The translations under genes and the position numbers were made by a program. The notes below the pieces were generated by a model. It saw only the letters and a program-made list of their open reading frames with translations. It made no database searches and was not told the origin of the DNA. From Selaginella moellendorffii (taxonomy: Eukaryota > Plantae > Lycopodiophyta), in NCBI RefSeq assembly GCF_000143415.4, contig NW_003314292.1, positions 1,816,221 through 1,846,953 of the forward strand: 30,733 nucleotides of DNA. The letters run 5' to 3'. Positions 1 to 11,152 of the stretch are shown one piece after another (the stretch's first letter is position 1; every line of letters begins with the position of its first letter).

Positions 1-1400
1 GTATTGAGACTTTGTAAAGCTTGCTTTCGTCCCTCACCAAAGAAGGTCCATCCACAAATCTTACCGAACAATCTCTTATTGAACCTAGTCAGACAGGTCA
101 CTTTAGTAAATTGAAATAAACAGATAATGAATAGCCACACATACAGGATTCAAGCGATGGCAATGCCATATCCAGCTGCCGTCAAGTGGCGGGCAAACCA
201 GATCAAACATGTAAAATGTTTTACCTCTTAATTGCCCGGTCCAAAACAGGCCTCTCAAACAGCTTGAAATTGGCATGTACTAGCGAAAGAAGCTCCAACT
301 GTGATTGTGCAGCTGCTACCACATCCAGAGAGACCACAATTTCTTGAGCCTTGCACCATTCATTCACTCGATTCATGGAAAGCGAAGCCATTGTTGTAGT
401 CTGAGAGTTGAGCTCAAGGCTTGGGGTGCTTAAAAGTTCTGTCCTGACGCAGCCTGTTTTGACTATTCCAAGGATGGATGATTTGTTTGGAATTTCCTCT
501 TCAAGTGATGTGCCTTGGAGCCTTTGGGTACTTGAGGGCCCGTTTACCGTTTCAATATCATCGTGTAGGCTTGAAGATAGTTGACCCACGTGGCAGAACT
601 TGCTTTTGTCGTCAACTCGAGTACTTTGACAAGTTTTGCATATATGCAATTTGCCGTGGTACCAGCTAGAAAACAATAGATAGTTTAGATTCAACTGTAC
701 TCTCAATCTTTTGAGCCAAGAGAAGCTCAAAGGGAGGAAAGACGTACTCTTTCATGTCCTTTTACACTCGCTACTTCGTGCCGAGGCAGTAAAAACACAC
801 AGAATTAGAGATAGCCAGAAATATTGCTCGCCACGGAGGATCAATGCATAGAACACGTCTGACCTGTACATCGGGAGAAATGCTGTCGAAACTAGCGGTG
901 ACGACTTGGAAAGTCTCGCACTTTGTGGATGTGAGATGTGCCCCAGACGACGTTTCTCGAGCACTCGTAAAGTGAGAGAAATCTAAAACAAGGATCCTGT
1001 CGAAGCAAACAAAAGAAAACAAGACATACCAGCTAGTTTCATGTTTGTGCTCAAGTGACTCTCTCAGTTGTGCCAAGAGCACTTCACACCTTTACGAAAC
1101 AAAGAAAAGAAAGCTCGTCAGATGTAGAGCCACTGACTTAAACTTTGACGAGGCTTCTGCCGGAAGATCGCCACCGTCGCTGCTAAACTCTTGAAGCTCT
1201 TGCACAGAAATCTTGCTCAAGGATGCATCCTTATCGAGAGGAGAAGAAAGAGACGAGCCAGGCTATGTCTCGTTACCTCGGACGTGGTGTCACTATCGAT
1301 CGGATCAATGCTAGAATCCATGAATGATTGCTAGCAATGAAGAATAGAATCACTGGAAATGCAGCTTGCCTTGCGCTCAAGATCGTCGTCGTCGGCATCC
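1..1400 (-). pseudogene. GRDP/DUF1399 glycine-rich domain protein paralog, 5' part, probably a pseudogene; runs off the window start
   Basis: Exon ...MASLSMNRVNEWCKAQEIVVSLDVVAAAQSQLELLSLVHANFKLFERPVLDRAIKR (224-667) is homologous to 27434-27601. Relative to that copy, about 70 bp is missing near 190, removing a splice acceptor and YQYCCLPLLANSSGNFF. Upstream exons (MDSSIDPIDSDTTSE from 1321) match 28615-28664. Confidence 0.75.
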
Positions 1401-1504
1401 GAGATTCCAGCAGTCAACCACCCTGGGGAGATCTCGCGCTTCCAAACAACGCGCTTCCATTTCCAGTTGAGCGCAAAGAAGAAAATGAGCGACCTTTCTT
1501 TCCA

Positions 1505-4297
1505 TCAAAACTTGAAGTCGACTTTCTTTGCGCGAAAATCTTTCTCGGCTTTGCGCTTTCGTTTCTTTTCGGCCTGAATGGAAAAAGCTTAGACAATCCG
1601 CAATAAACATGGAACTTCCTTTCACTTACCGACGCAACCATGTCGCTGAAGTCTTCCGTTACGGTTTCCTGCTGCTTCTCTTTTCTGGCCTCCTCAAACC
1701 TGTGAAGAAATCAAAAGAAAAAGTGAATGAAGAAATTCAACTAGAAAAATGTTCGCAAACCTTGCAGCCAGGGCAGCTTCATCCAGTTTTTCGAGTTCCT
1801 CGGGCAGTAGAGTGATGTCCACGTTGCCGGTTCTTTGACTCTTCAGCAAATCCACCTAAAAGAAGAACCGTAAGAAAATTCAAACAAAGTTTACTGCCAG
1901 GATACCTTCTTGACACCAGGCTTTTCCACCGAAGGCAGGACATACCTACACAGACAGCATCACGTATGGAAATGAAATCCAAACTTTTATCGAACAACGT
2001 ACGTATGAGTATTTCCCAGAAGGATTCCTGCTCGAGCACTTTCTTTCTTTTCCTCTAAAACCTGTAAAAAGACAAAAGAGTAAGCATACATACATAGGAA
2101 GGTCGATGACAACCTGATATAGCCTGATATCTGGTTCACTACGTTTTGACTTTCGAAGGTTGATCGCGTTGGGAGTTTCATCACCGGCTGGAGTCCTGGA
2201 GACATTACAAGGATTAGAAAACGAGCCTAGGATTCGTGAAGTAAATAGAATGTACTCCAAAGGTGCAACGCTCGCTTCTTCAACAGGAGCGGCCTCCACC
2301 TCTTCCCGTTGCTCTTCTTCTTCCGGTCCCTCTTCTTCTTCTTCGTCCTCATCTTCCAACTCACCCCAGTGCTTAAAGCGATCGACAGGCTCCTCCTACA
2401 TTTAAGTAGAAATCAACAGCAATTTACACGGTCAAACCTCACCTCGTAATGCACTAGTTCCTGCCGTTGTGCACCGAATAAATCTCCATATAGAGGCCTT
2501 CCATACTACAAAAGAACTTCCATACTTCGGCGTACTTGGAGCATTGGCTGGCTTACCTCGTCGACAGGAGCCCTACCCCAGCCTCCAGGATGATAACCGA
2601 AGGACGCACCGACGGGAATAGGTGCGTTCAATCCAGGAATCCTGAGCTGAGGATAAGAAGGCGGTGGCCCGTATCTCTGCAATCAGTCCGCTTTGCTTTA
2701 GAGTTTATAGAATGTAGTGTAGTGACTACGTACCTGCATGTTGAAAAGCCATGGAGGTGGAGCACCGTCGTCCATGCCAAGTGCACTCCGCAACTCACGA
2801 GAGAGATACCCGGGTCTCATGTTTCTTAGTTTTATCTGCGAAACCATTTTCAGGACGACTACCTGTACCGAAAGCACGCTCACCTCGAATTCTTTTCCTT
2901 CGTGATACAAATCCCCGAGGGATGTCAGCTTGGGTTTAGTTTGGTACTTGAAAAATGCGTCATGCAGGATCTGCGAGACAAGAAGAAACAAGTAAGTACA
3001 AGCACCAGGGTGTCAACATGATTACCTGATAATCGATGCTCATTTTTCCCACTTTTGGTTGCATGCGAGATCTTTGAACTTGTTTCGACTTTTTTGCATT
3101 TTCCTTGTCAACGTAGGCCTGAGAAAAACAGAGAAAAAGGATTAGTCGAGTCGCTAGAGACATATCCTGGCACCTGTCTGATTTTTTGAATTCCCGTCGA
3201 AGCAATGAACTCCGGTAAATGAAATGGCAACTTTTCGACACCACGCTTTCCCTGCAAGGACATGCATCATTTCAGAGCCGAGAAAAAACACTTAGCTACT
3301 GTATGATTTAGAAGAAATGCAGACCATCTCATACAATGCAACACGAAAAATGCAGCTTCTAAAAATGCGTACCCTGTAAATCACTGCCTCCCTTTTGGAT
3401 GGACCGTCCTCCGGCATCCTGCAAGCACCAGGCACTGCAATTTAAGATGCAAGCCGTTCATGCAAACAATCGCGAACGATGCAAGCACGACCAGTAGGGA
3501 AAAGAAACAAAAAGAATGTCGAAAACAACACTACAAACCTGTAGAAATTTCCGCTTTTGACACCAATGCCTCGGTACAGGCACGGTGTTGCGATAGGCCT
3601 TCAAAAAAACAAGCAGCCGGGGATCCGCAGCTGTAGCGTCCCACACCTGTGGAGAGCCACTATTCAAGAAATTTTTTCATCTCTAGGCCTAGCATCGAAT
3701 ACCTCGACAACATCCGGTTTGCCACAGTAGTCCTTAAGATCTGCAAGCGTCATTCTTCGTTTCATCTGAAGAAAGGAAAGAAGACAGGCACGGAAATTGC
3801 AGTGATCAAACAAAAACTTCTTGTCCACCTTTTTCTTCTTGTTAGACAGCACCACCTCTTTCACTCTCACGTCGGGCTTGTCATCTTCGTCTTCGGACGA
3901 GCTCATTTGCATTTTCTCCGTCTTCACGGCTTCCTTAGGCTTCTACACAGGCCAAGCATGAGCATGACTCTCAAGCAAAGCGCGCTCTACCTTTTTCGAC
4001 GATTCCAGGCCCGAGAACTTGTCAAAAATCCGCTGGAACTCGACCAATCCATCGCCGTCGAGAGGCGATTTGTCTGGAACGTACTCGATCTCCGCGCTTC
4101 CGGCATTCACCTGGAGCAAAGCAAGCAATTCCAATAGCACAAAAAAGAGGGTGGACTACCCTGCTCTCGCCGCCAGAATCACGAGGCGCAGCAGGGTTTT
4201 CCTTCTTCCGCATCCTTCTGCGCCTTCTTTTCTCAGCCTCCCTGGCGCGCTTGCTGCTGCTCGCATCCGCACCGCACGGAGAAGCAACCATCGCCAT
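1505..4297 (-). CDS. SF3B2: Splicing factor 3B subunit 2 (SAP145/CUS1 family; DUF382 + PSP domains), multi-exon
   Basis: Exons joined by hand at GT-AG introns give VWDATAADPRLLVFLKAYRNTVPVPRHWCQKRKFLQ|GKRGVEK, RMQPKVGKMSIDYQ|ILHDAFFKYQTKPKLTSLGDLYHEGKEFE, PPPWLFNMQ|RYGPPPSYPQLRIPGLNAPIP and C-terminal EDFSDMVAS...KKVDFKF*. ATG at 4297, TGA at 1505-1507. Confidence 0.95.
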
Positions 4298-4314
4298 TTC
4301 TCCCTCATTCAAAC

Positions 4315-4322
4315 AAACCCTA
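4315..4322 (+). promoter_or_regulatory. Telo-box AAACCCTA just upstream of the SF3B2 start
   Basis: Exact motif about 20 nt upstream of the ATG. Telo-boxes are common near plant RNA-processing and translation genes. Confidence 0.45.
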
Positions 4323-4353
4323 ATATCAATATCTAAGCAAATCTTCAATTGAG

Positions 4354-4545
4354 GCTACACTCATAGCAAGATATAAAAAGGTTGCTTCCACATTTCATTT
4401 CACTAGTATACATTCTCTGTTTAATATAAGAAAAAGAACATTATGGATTTTATATATATTTTTTAATGAGGCTAAGCCGCTACACTCATAGCAAGATAGA
4501 AAACACATTTGATTTCACTCGTATACATTCTCTTTGTTTAAGTAA
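4354..4545. repeat. Imperfect direct duplication (about 125-bp spacing)
   Basis: gctacactcatagcaagata...cacattt.atttcact.gtatacattctct..gtttaa occurs at about 4354 and about 4479. Confidence 0.7.
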
Positions 4546-4561
4546 TGGGGTTTTTGAGGAG

Positions 4562-4911
4562 CTAGTCGCCCTCAAAAACCCCCACCTCTTCCTCGAATCT
4601 CAGCAACCTGCCTTCGTACTCTGCTGGGATTGGATAACCCGCTGCATGCAACGCCTCTCTTGCCTCCGGCACCACAAGCATCTGCATCTTGCCACGAATG
4701 GCCTCGTCCGGCTCGGAGATTGCATACATGCCTCGTGACCCCCTAAGCACCTTCTCAAGGCTGGTGCCTCTCAGCCCAAACTCGTTGCCATAGTACGTGA
4801 TAATAGCATCTTTGGAGAATTGATAGATAGGTCCGCCACACAAAAGTCATGGAGTGGATCGCAATCCGAGCATGAAAAGAACAAGGCTGGAAAGCAAAAC
4901 AATGCTGCCAT
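4562..4911 (-). pseudogene. Truncated germin-like N-terminus joined out of frame to an unrelated coding-like fragment
   Basis: ATG at 4911 gives MAALFCFPALFFSCSDCDPLHDFCVADLSINSPK (germin box A, DPLxDFCVADL), with a stop at 4771-4773. A different frame (about 4820-4562) reads KDAIITYYGNEFG...EEEVGVFEGD*. Confidence 0.65.
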
Positions 4912-5403
4912 TTTGTTGCTGATCACCGAGTGTACCTTTACCACCATTCACTGCATAGATCAAAAGGCTGCCGCCTTGCAAATCGAAAGTATTTAAGTGG
5001 ACTAGATATCATCTGAAGAATTTATATAAAATATGTATTATTGTTCTACAATGAATCTCCGCAATGAGTGCCCGCCGAAGAAGCGGGAGTTAATCACAAC
5101 CTTACCATGCCTCGGATGAATTCAGCAATGGGAACAAACTCTTCGACAAGCCTGTTCACAGTCCGAGCATCCAGCCAAAATGCCTTTTGGAGAACTTCTT
5201 CCATGACACCAATCCCCAACATGGATGGAGCTATGGTCTGAAACCTGGGCTTCTCACTGTTTAGCACTGCAAAAGCTGACACTGGACCCTCTCCTATGTT
5301 GAGCTGCAAGTGGATGAGACCCCTCGATAAGATCATCACCTTACCCTTGGAGTAAACAAAGTTTGATGTCACTTTGTAAAATTTTTCTAGACTCTATCCT
5401 TCA

Positions 5404-5419
5404 CCGCCAATCCCTAGTT

Positions 5420-5451
<32 letters not shown>

Positions 5452-5463
5452 TTGATCGTCTTT

Positions 5464-5497
<34 letters not shown>
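5404..5497 (-). pseudogene. 18S rRNA gene fragment (about 94 bp)
   Basis: The reverse complement reads GTTTTCATTAATCAAGAACGAAAGTTGGGGGCTCAAAGACGATCAAATACCGTCCTAGTCTCAACCATAAACGATGCCAACTAGGGATTGGCGG. This matches plant 18S rRNA as I recall it, with about three G>A changes. Confidence 0.9.
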
Positions 5498-5599
5498 TGC
5501 TGCCGCACCAACGGATGTCAATTTGGCCGATTTGGGGATCACTCTTTGGGGAATCCCTCTCTTGGATGGGTAGCATATCATGAAGAATCTCTACAAGGG

Positions 5600-5794
5600 T
5601 GTAAGTAACTAAAGAGAACGACTTGAGAGACGATCCATGGGGTTCAAATATAGAGGGAAAGGGCCCATGAACAAGAGTGCACCCCTTTTTCCAATTGGTT
5701 AAGGGTCTTGGGATATTTAGAGTTAAGCGTCCTTAGGTTTGAATAGTACTGGGTTGGGTGACCTCGCAGGAAGTCCAAACTCAGGAGTTTTACA
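5600..5794 (+). mobile_element. Solo LTR (195 bp) containing a 5S rRNA internal promoter region; Cassandra-like TRIM
   Basis: Termini TGTAA...TTACA with a perfect 5-bp TSD AAGGG (5595-5599, 5795-5799). Internal 5721-5776 AGTTAAGCGTCCTTAGGTTTGAATAGTACTGGGTTGGGTGACCTCGCAGGAAGTCC resembles the A-box to C-box part of plant 5S rRNA. Confidence 0.8.
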
Positions 5795-5870
5795 AAGGGC
5801 TTCATCCATGAGTTTATCCAAAAGTTTGTACCCTAAGATATAGACAATATTTATGCTTATATCTTGCAAG

Positions 5871-6000
5871 TGCCCTATTGGCTGTGTCGATGAATCCAGT
5901 GTACAAGCGACACTGGGTGATGTAGATGAACTCACAAATGCCCTATTAGCTGTGTCGATGAATCCAGTGTACAAGCGACCCTGGGTGATGTAGATGAACT
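5871..6000. repeat. 68-bp-period tandem duplication inside the germin coding remnant
   Basis: tgccctatt.gctgtgtcgatgaatccagtgtacaagcgac.ctgggtgatgtagatgaact at 5871 and 5939. Confidence 0.9.
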
Positions 6001-7409
6001 TAGAGGCACAAGGATGCATGTGAGGCAGGATGAGGACACCCTCCACAAAGTCGAGCCTGTTACATGACACACCTCGCCATGTAGACATTAGGGTTTTCCT
6101 GTTCTATCCACTAGTGCAGTGCGCTTTGATCCCGATTTGTCTCATAGTATTAGAGCTGGGATAGCACTATGGAAGGAAAGCCATCCATCTGCAAGCTTGA
6201 TGGAGAAGGGTTTGAGGGATTCAAGATTCATCTTGAATCCTATCTCTTGCTTCATGGTTTGTTGGGGATTGTAGATGGGACAGAGTCATCACCGGCTCCA
6301 GGCTCTAGTGCTACTGAGGTGCATGATTGGAACCTTTGGGATTCCAAGTCTAGAGGGAGATGTGCTTGTCCTTGAATGTTCTCTTTGTTGCACCATTAAT
6401 TCAAAAGTGCATTATGGCAATGCTCTGTAAGTGACTAAATTTTCCATTCTACTTTAGTCACTTAACCACACCTCCAACCACTTGGAAAAGTCTCACTCAC
6501 AACCTCCATAAGTTCTATTCCGAACTTGGGCTTGCTAGCCCCGAGAATGGCATCCATGCCACTCAAACTATGCACATGGTCTAAGTGCTCTGTGTGTTCG
6601 ATCCCATGACCGACACTCAAGGGTATCACCAACATATCAGCCTATTATGCTTATTCACCTTTGCCACACTGGTGATCCAACTCCATCTGCATCACAATCC
6701 CATCTCTCAAAAATTGGGCCATCCATCCACGAATGGTCATCCTTTGATCACGCTTTAGCACCCTTAGAATGTCCAAAGACATAGAAAACACCCTTCCCCA
6801 ATGTCCCTTCTTCCGTCCCTATCAAGTCCCTCTTCATCCACGGCCATACTTGCCAACACTGCCACTAGGTCAAGGCCCAAAGGCCCGATCACTAAGTCCC
6901 ACTGTCCTCTAGGACTTCTTCACCATGTGATTGTATCCTTGGTCACTACACTAGAGGATTGTTCCTCTTCTTTTCCACAGTCTAGGACTTTGGGATGAAA
7001 TTTTAAAACACCATGGCCCTATGCAAGCCTTGTGGGTACTCTCCCCACTTTCCGCTTTTAGGTGCCCTAGCCATGTGGCTAGAGCAAGGTTCTGATGAGC
7101 CATGCTAGGTATCCAAGTAGGTAATGCCATCCACATTTGGATTGGGAGTATTGACCATTCAATCTCCCAGAGGAGCTAGAGTTGGCTCTTGAAAACTTCA
7201 CTAAGCTACCCCACTTGTCTGTACTCACTTTAGCCTTGGACTCCTTAATGGTTTTATCATCACCCACCACATGAGTATAACCTTCCTTGGTCACATTAAA
7301 CTTTCTTGGCCAAACTGGCTCCACTAGAGTCTGCCTTCTACTATACTTTTGGAGTTCACCAAACCCTCCAAGGTTTGGAAGACGAACACTTTGGGCTTTC
7401 ACCTTCAGA

Positions 7410-7685
7410 ATCAGACTCGGACTCAAACTCAGACTCGGATTCAGTCTCAATCTCAGTCTCAGTCTCCGTCTTGGCCTCGGTCTCGGTCTTAGTCTTTGTC
7501 TTGGTCACGACCTCGGACTCCATCTTGGGTCCTTCTCGGACTCCATCTTGGACTCCATCTTTGGTCCATCTCGAGCTCCATCTCATGTCCATCTTGGACT
7601 CCATCTCGAGTCTATCTCGGGTCCATCTCGGACTCCATCTCAGATCCATCTCAGACTCCATCTCAGGTCCATTTCGGGTCCATCT
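7410..7685. repeat. 12-bp minisatellite (GACTCCATCTCG-like; 6-bp subunits at the left end)
   Basis: Tandem gactccatct(c/t)g units are visible; they explain the low-complexity ORFs here. Confidence 0.85.
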
Positions 7686-8053
7686 TCTTGCAAAACATAC
7701 ATAGATTGCAACATTTCCTCTCTCTCACTTTGCATGGCCTCAATGTTGTGAAGACTCCTTACGGCATCTACCCAAGTCATCCCTGGTTGGAGAAGTAGGC
7801 TCTCAATTGCATACTTCCAGCTAGCTAGCAAGGACCTATAGAGCGACAGCCTTTGCTGTTCATCTGTGAGATAGTGCTTCGCCCCAGTAGCCGTAAGTTG
7901 TGTGAAAAAGCCCTGAAGTTTGGCAATGTGAGTCTGGATACTGCAATTTTCCTCTAACCTCAAGGAATCCATTTGTGAATAGATGTTGAAGACATCCATT
8001 TCACTCTTGGTGTAGTAGGTGTTGCTTAACCACTTCCAGAGCATGTGAGACAC
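7680..8053 (-). mobile_element. Copia gag (UBN2-like) segment in inverted orientation
   Basis: LWKWLSNTY...MDSLRLEENCSIQTHIAKLQGFFTQLTATG...LYRSLLASW resembles a copia gag core but lies opposite to the rest of the element. Confidence 0.8.
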
Positions 8054-8277
8054 AAGTCCCTATGCCCCAAAGTAGAGCCGAAAGGGTGCCATGTGGTAGT
8101 GGTTGAAGCAGAAGCCAAACAAGTGTAACATGTTTGAACTAAAAGCTCTAACTTGAAAAGTCAAGAGCAAGAGTGGAACTCTCAACAAAAGGGTCAAGAA
8201 ACAAGCTCGAAGTGAGCAATAAGTGAGTCTCTAGAAAAAGGACTCAAGAGGACCAACACAGGACACATGGAAGTGTC

Positions 8278-8395
8278 GAGATGGACTTGAAATGGAGTCT
8301 GAGATGGAATCTGAGATGGACCTGAGATAGACCTGAGATAGAGTTTGAGATGGACCCAAGATAGAGTCCGAGATGGAGTCTGAGATGGAGTCCAT
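8278..8395. repeat. 12-bp minisatellite, reverse orientation (GAGATGGAGTCT-like)
   Basis: Tandem gagatggagtct/gagatggacct units; reverse complement of the 7410-7685 array. Confidence 0.85.
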
Positions 8396-9855
8396 TCTGG
8401 TGATGCCAAGGTGGCAAAACCACATACAGCTGCAAATGCCCAGAAAGGGCAAAATTCCATGGTATCTGGGCATGCCAAGCCCAGACTTGCCAAGAATCAG
8501 TGCGTTCGCTACTTGGAGATGGGTCACTGGGCTTGAGATTGCATTGCTCCAAAGCTTGTCAAGCGATTAGCTACAATGGCAAAAGCCAACCTATTTAAGG
8601 GTGATGGAATTGTTACAGCAAATGAGGCTGTTGAGGAGCTCTACAACACAGAGGCAATTACAGCACCAAGTAAGTGGCTTCTAAACTCTAGTTGTACTAA
8701 TCTTTGGGCAATAAGAAGAGTCTTTTTAAGTGTTATCAATTGAGCATTGGAAAACATGGTATTTATTTAGGTGACAATACCACTATCCCTGTGGAAGGCA
8801 TTGGGCAATTTAGGCTCTCACTTTATCATGAGAGAATCATGGCATTTGGTGGTGCCATGCATGTCTCCATCTTGCAATGAAACTTAATGTCCGTTGCCAA
8901 GATATGTAATCAAAATGTAGTGGTAGTCTTTGATGCAAAGGGAGTCTCTTTGGTTGACTCTAGCGACTTTCACATACTTGGCACACAATTGCTTCATGGG
9001 CCACGCATTAGGGACTTGTATGAGATTACTATTGCCAACCAGGTTCAAGCCTTTCAAATTGTGGAGGCAGATTCTCGTGTAGAGCTTTGGCATAAAAGAC
9101 TTGGTCATGTCCATTACAAATCTCTTTAATAGATGAAATCCTAAGATATTGTTACTGGATATTTACATTTTGTGAAGCTTGCGTTTTAGGGAAGCATTAC
9201 TGCTGGAATTTCTCGCCAAGCAAGCACCAAGCAATTGAACTTGTGGACTTGGTCCATTCTAATCTTTGCAGCCTCATGGATGTGCCAAGTCACGATAGTG
9301 CAAGATATTTCATCACATTTATTAATGGCTATAGCCGTCGAATATGCATCCACTTCTTGATGTATAAGAGTGATGCAGTTGCTGCCTTTCAAACGTACAA
9401 GACTTACATTGAAAATCTCCTTGATCGAAAGATAAAAGCTATTTAAGTTGACAATGGTGGTGAATACCTCAACAATGAGCTTTAGGGCATCTATCGTGAT
9501 ATAGGTATATGATTGCAAGCCACAACCTGCTACACCCCCCAGAAAAATAGTGTTGCAAAAAGGAAGAATCGCATTCTTATCAATGCTGCTCATGCTTTGT
9601 TAGCTGATGCACATCTTGACAAGATGTTTTGGCAAGAGGCTATAGCCACAACAATGCATGTCCAAAATCACCTTGCCACAGTTGCTTTGGATGGAAAAAC
9701 CCTTGAGGCATTTTGGATAGGTTTTACTCTTAATGTGTCCCACTTTCGGGTCTTTGGTTGTGCAACATATGCATATACCTTTGATCAACTTTGGAAAAGC
9801 TACATCCCAAAAGTAAAAAATTCATCTTCTTGGGATATGCACAGGATGACACCAT

Positions 9856-11152
9856 TGTAAGCCACAAATTTTTCCTTTCCAATTTGCCAGCTTACCTCAT
9901 CTATCCGACCAATACTGCCTTGGCTTTTGCTAAGTTCCCTCGCCAAGGTTCCCACTTATGGTACCAGCTCTTACTTGGTCCTACTTGGTTTTAGCTACTC
10001 ACTACACAAGCAACAGAGCGTTAGCCATCCATCCACAAATTCCCAAATCTCTCTCAATCCCCTTCCCCGGGTTAAACTAGATTTAAGGTTCAGCTACACT
10101 CCCCGCAGGCACAAGCAACCAAGCACACCAAGCCTCCAGGTTTTTAACATCCTTTGGTACCACAAGACTTGATCATGGGACCCTCTAAATCCCAAGTCTT
10201 GAGTGCAACACATGCTTCGGGATGCCGGGGCGAAACACCATGGCCTAACGGCTTGGTATGGGTACCTCTACCCCCCCCCCCCACTTCCATCCCAAAAGGA
10301 AGGACCAGGCCCCTAGGAAGGGCAAGGACCAATGAGCCACAAGGAACTCAAATGGGGCACCACTCCACATGAGCTGGGAGCACTGTAGTCAGTTCCCCTT
10401 TCGGGAGTGGGAGTTGCTCTTGAGCACTTCCTTGGGTGGCCCCTCCAGTACCACCCGAGTCCATGCTCACTCCCACCCAAGGCCCCTCGGGCCTCAATCT
10501 CAACTTCAAGTCAGTTTGGAAGCGCTACTGGAGAGTTCCTTCAAAACTAGTTCCTAGACCTCACTATCCCTACTANNNNNNNNNNNNNNNNNNNNNNNNN
10601 NNNNNNNNNNNNNNNNNNNNNNNNNNNNNNNNNNNNNNNNNNNNNNNNNNNNNNNNNNNNNNNNNNNNNNNNNNNNNNCACCCTGTTGGGAGACACACGC
10701 TTTGGGCTTTGGGCTAATACAGGTATACTAATACCTGTATCAATATTAGTATACAGGTCAATACTAATACAGACCTGTATTAGTACTTGGACTCGGTCTC
10801 GAACTCAATCTCGGACTCGATCTCGAACCCGACTTCGGACTCGGTCTTGGACTCGATCTCGGACTCGATCTTGGACCCAATCTCGGACTCGACTTCGGAC
10901 TCGACCTCGGACTCGGTCTTGGACCCAATCTCGGATCTCGGACTCTGTCTCGAACTTGGTCTCAAACTTGGTCTTGAACTCGGTCTCTGAGTCGGCCTCG
11001 GCCTCGATCCCGGACTCTATCTTGAACTCGGTCTCAAAGTTGGTCTTGGACTCGATCTCAGACTCGGTCCCATCCGATGAACTCTTTGTCATTTCGGTCA
11101 AGCTTTTGGGGATCTTTTAGCCTACGACACTTTGGGGAGTTGGTTCCTTACA
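9856..11152. mobile_element. Nested LTR-type insertion within the copia integrase C-terminal region
   Basis: Termini TGTAAG...CTTACA with a perfect TSD ACCAT (9851-9855, 11153-11157). Removing it restores FIFLGYAQDDTIRRKTYKLWD...VSTDIMF. Contains an N gap. Confidence 0.85.
10787..11070. repeat. 12-bp minisatellite (GACTCGATCTCG/GACTCGGTCTTG)
   Basis: Tandem units related to the 7410 and 8278 arrays, preceded by a short TAATACAG/CTGTATTA inverted-repeat cluster (10715-10786). Confidence 0.85.

Noticed and set aside
7287-7798. Several Ser/Asp- or Arg/Trp-rich ORFs (also 8194-8570 and 10686-11120)
   Set aside because: Translations of the 12-bp minisatellites.
10787-11070. CRISPR-like appearance of the periodic repeats
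   Set aside because: Tandem units without unique spacers, no cas genes, eukaryotic context.
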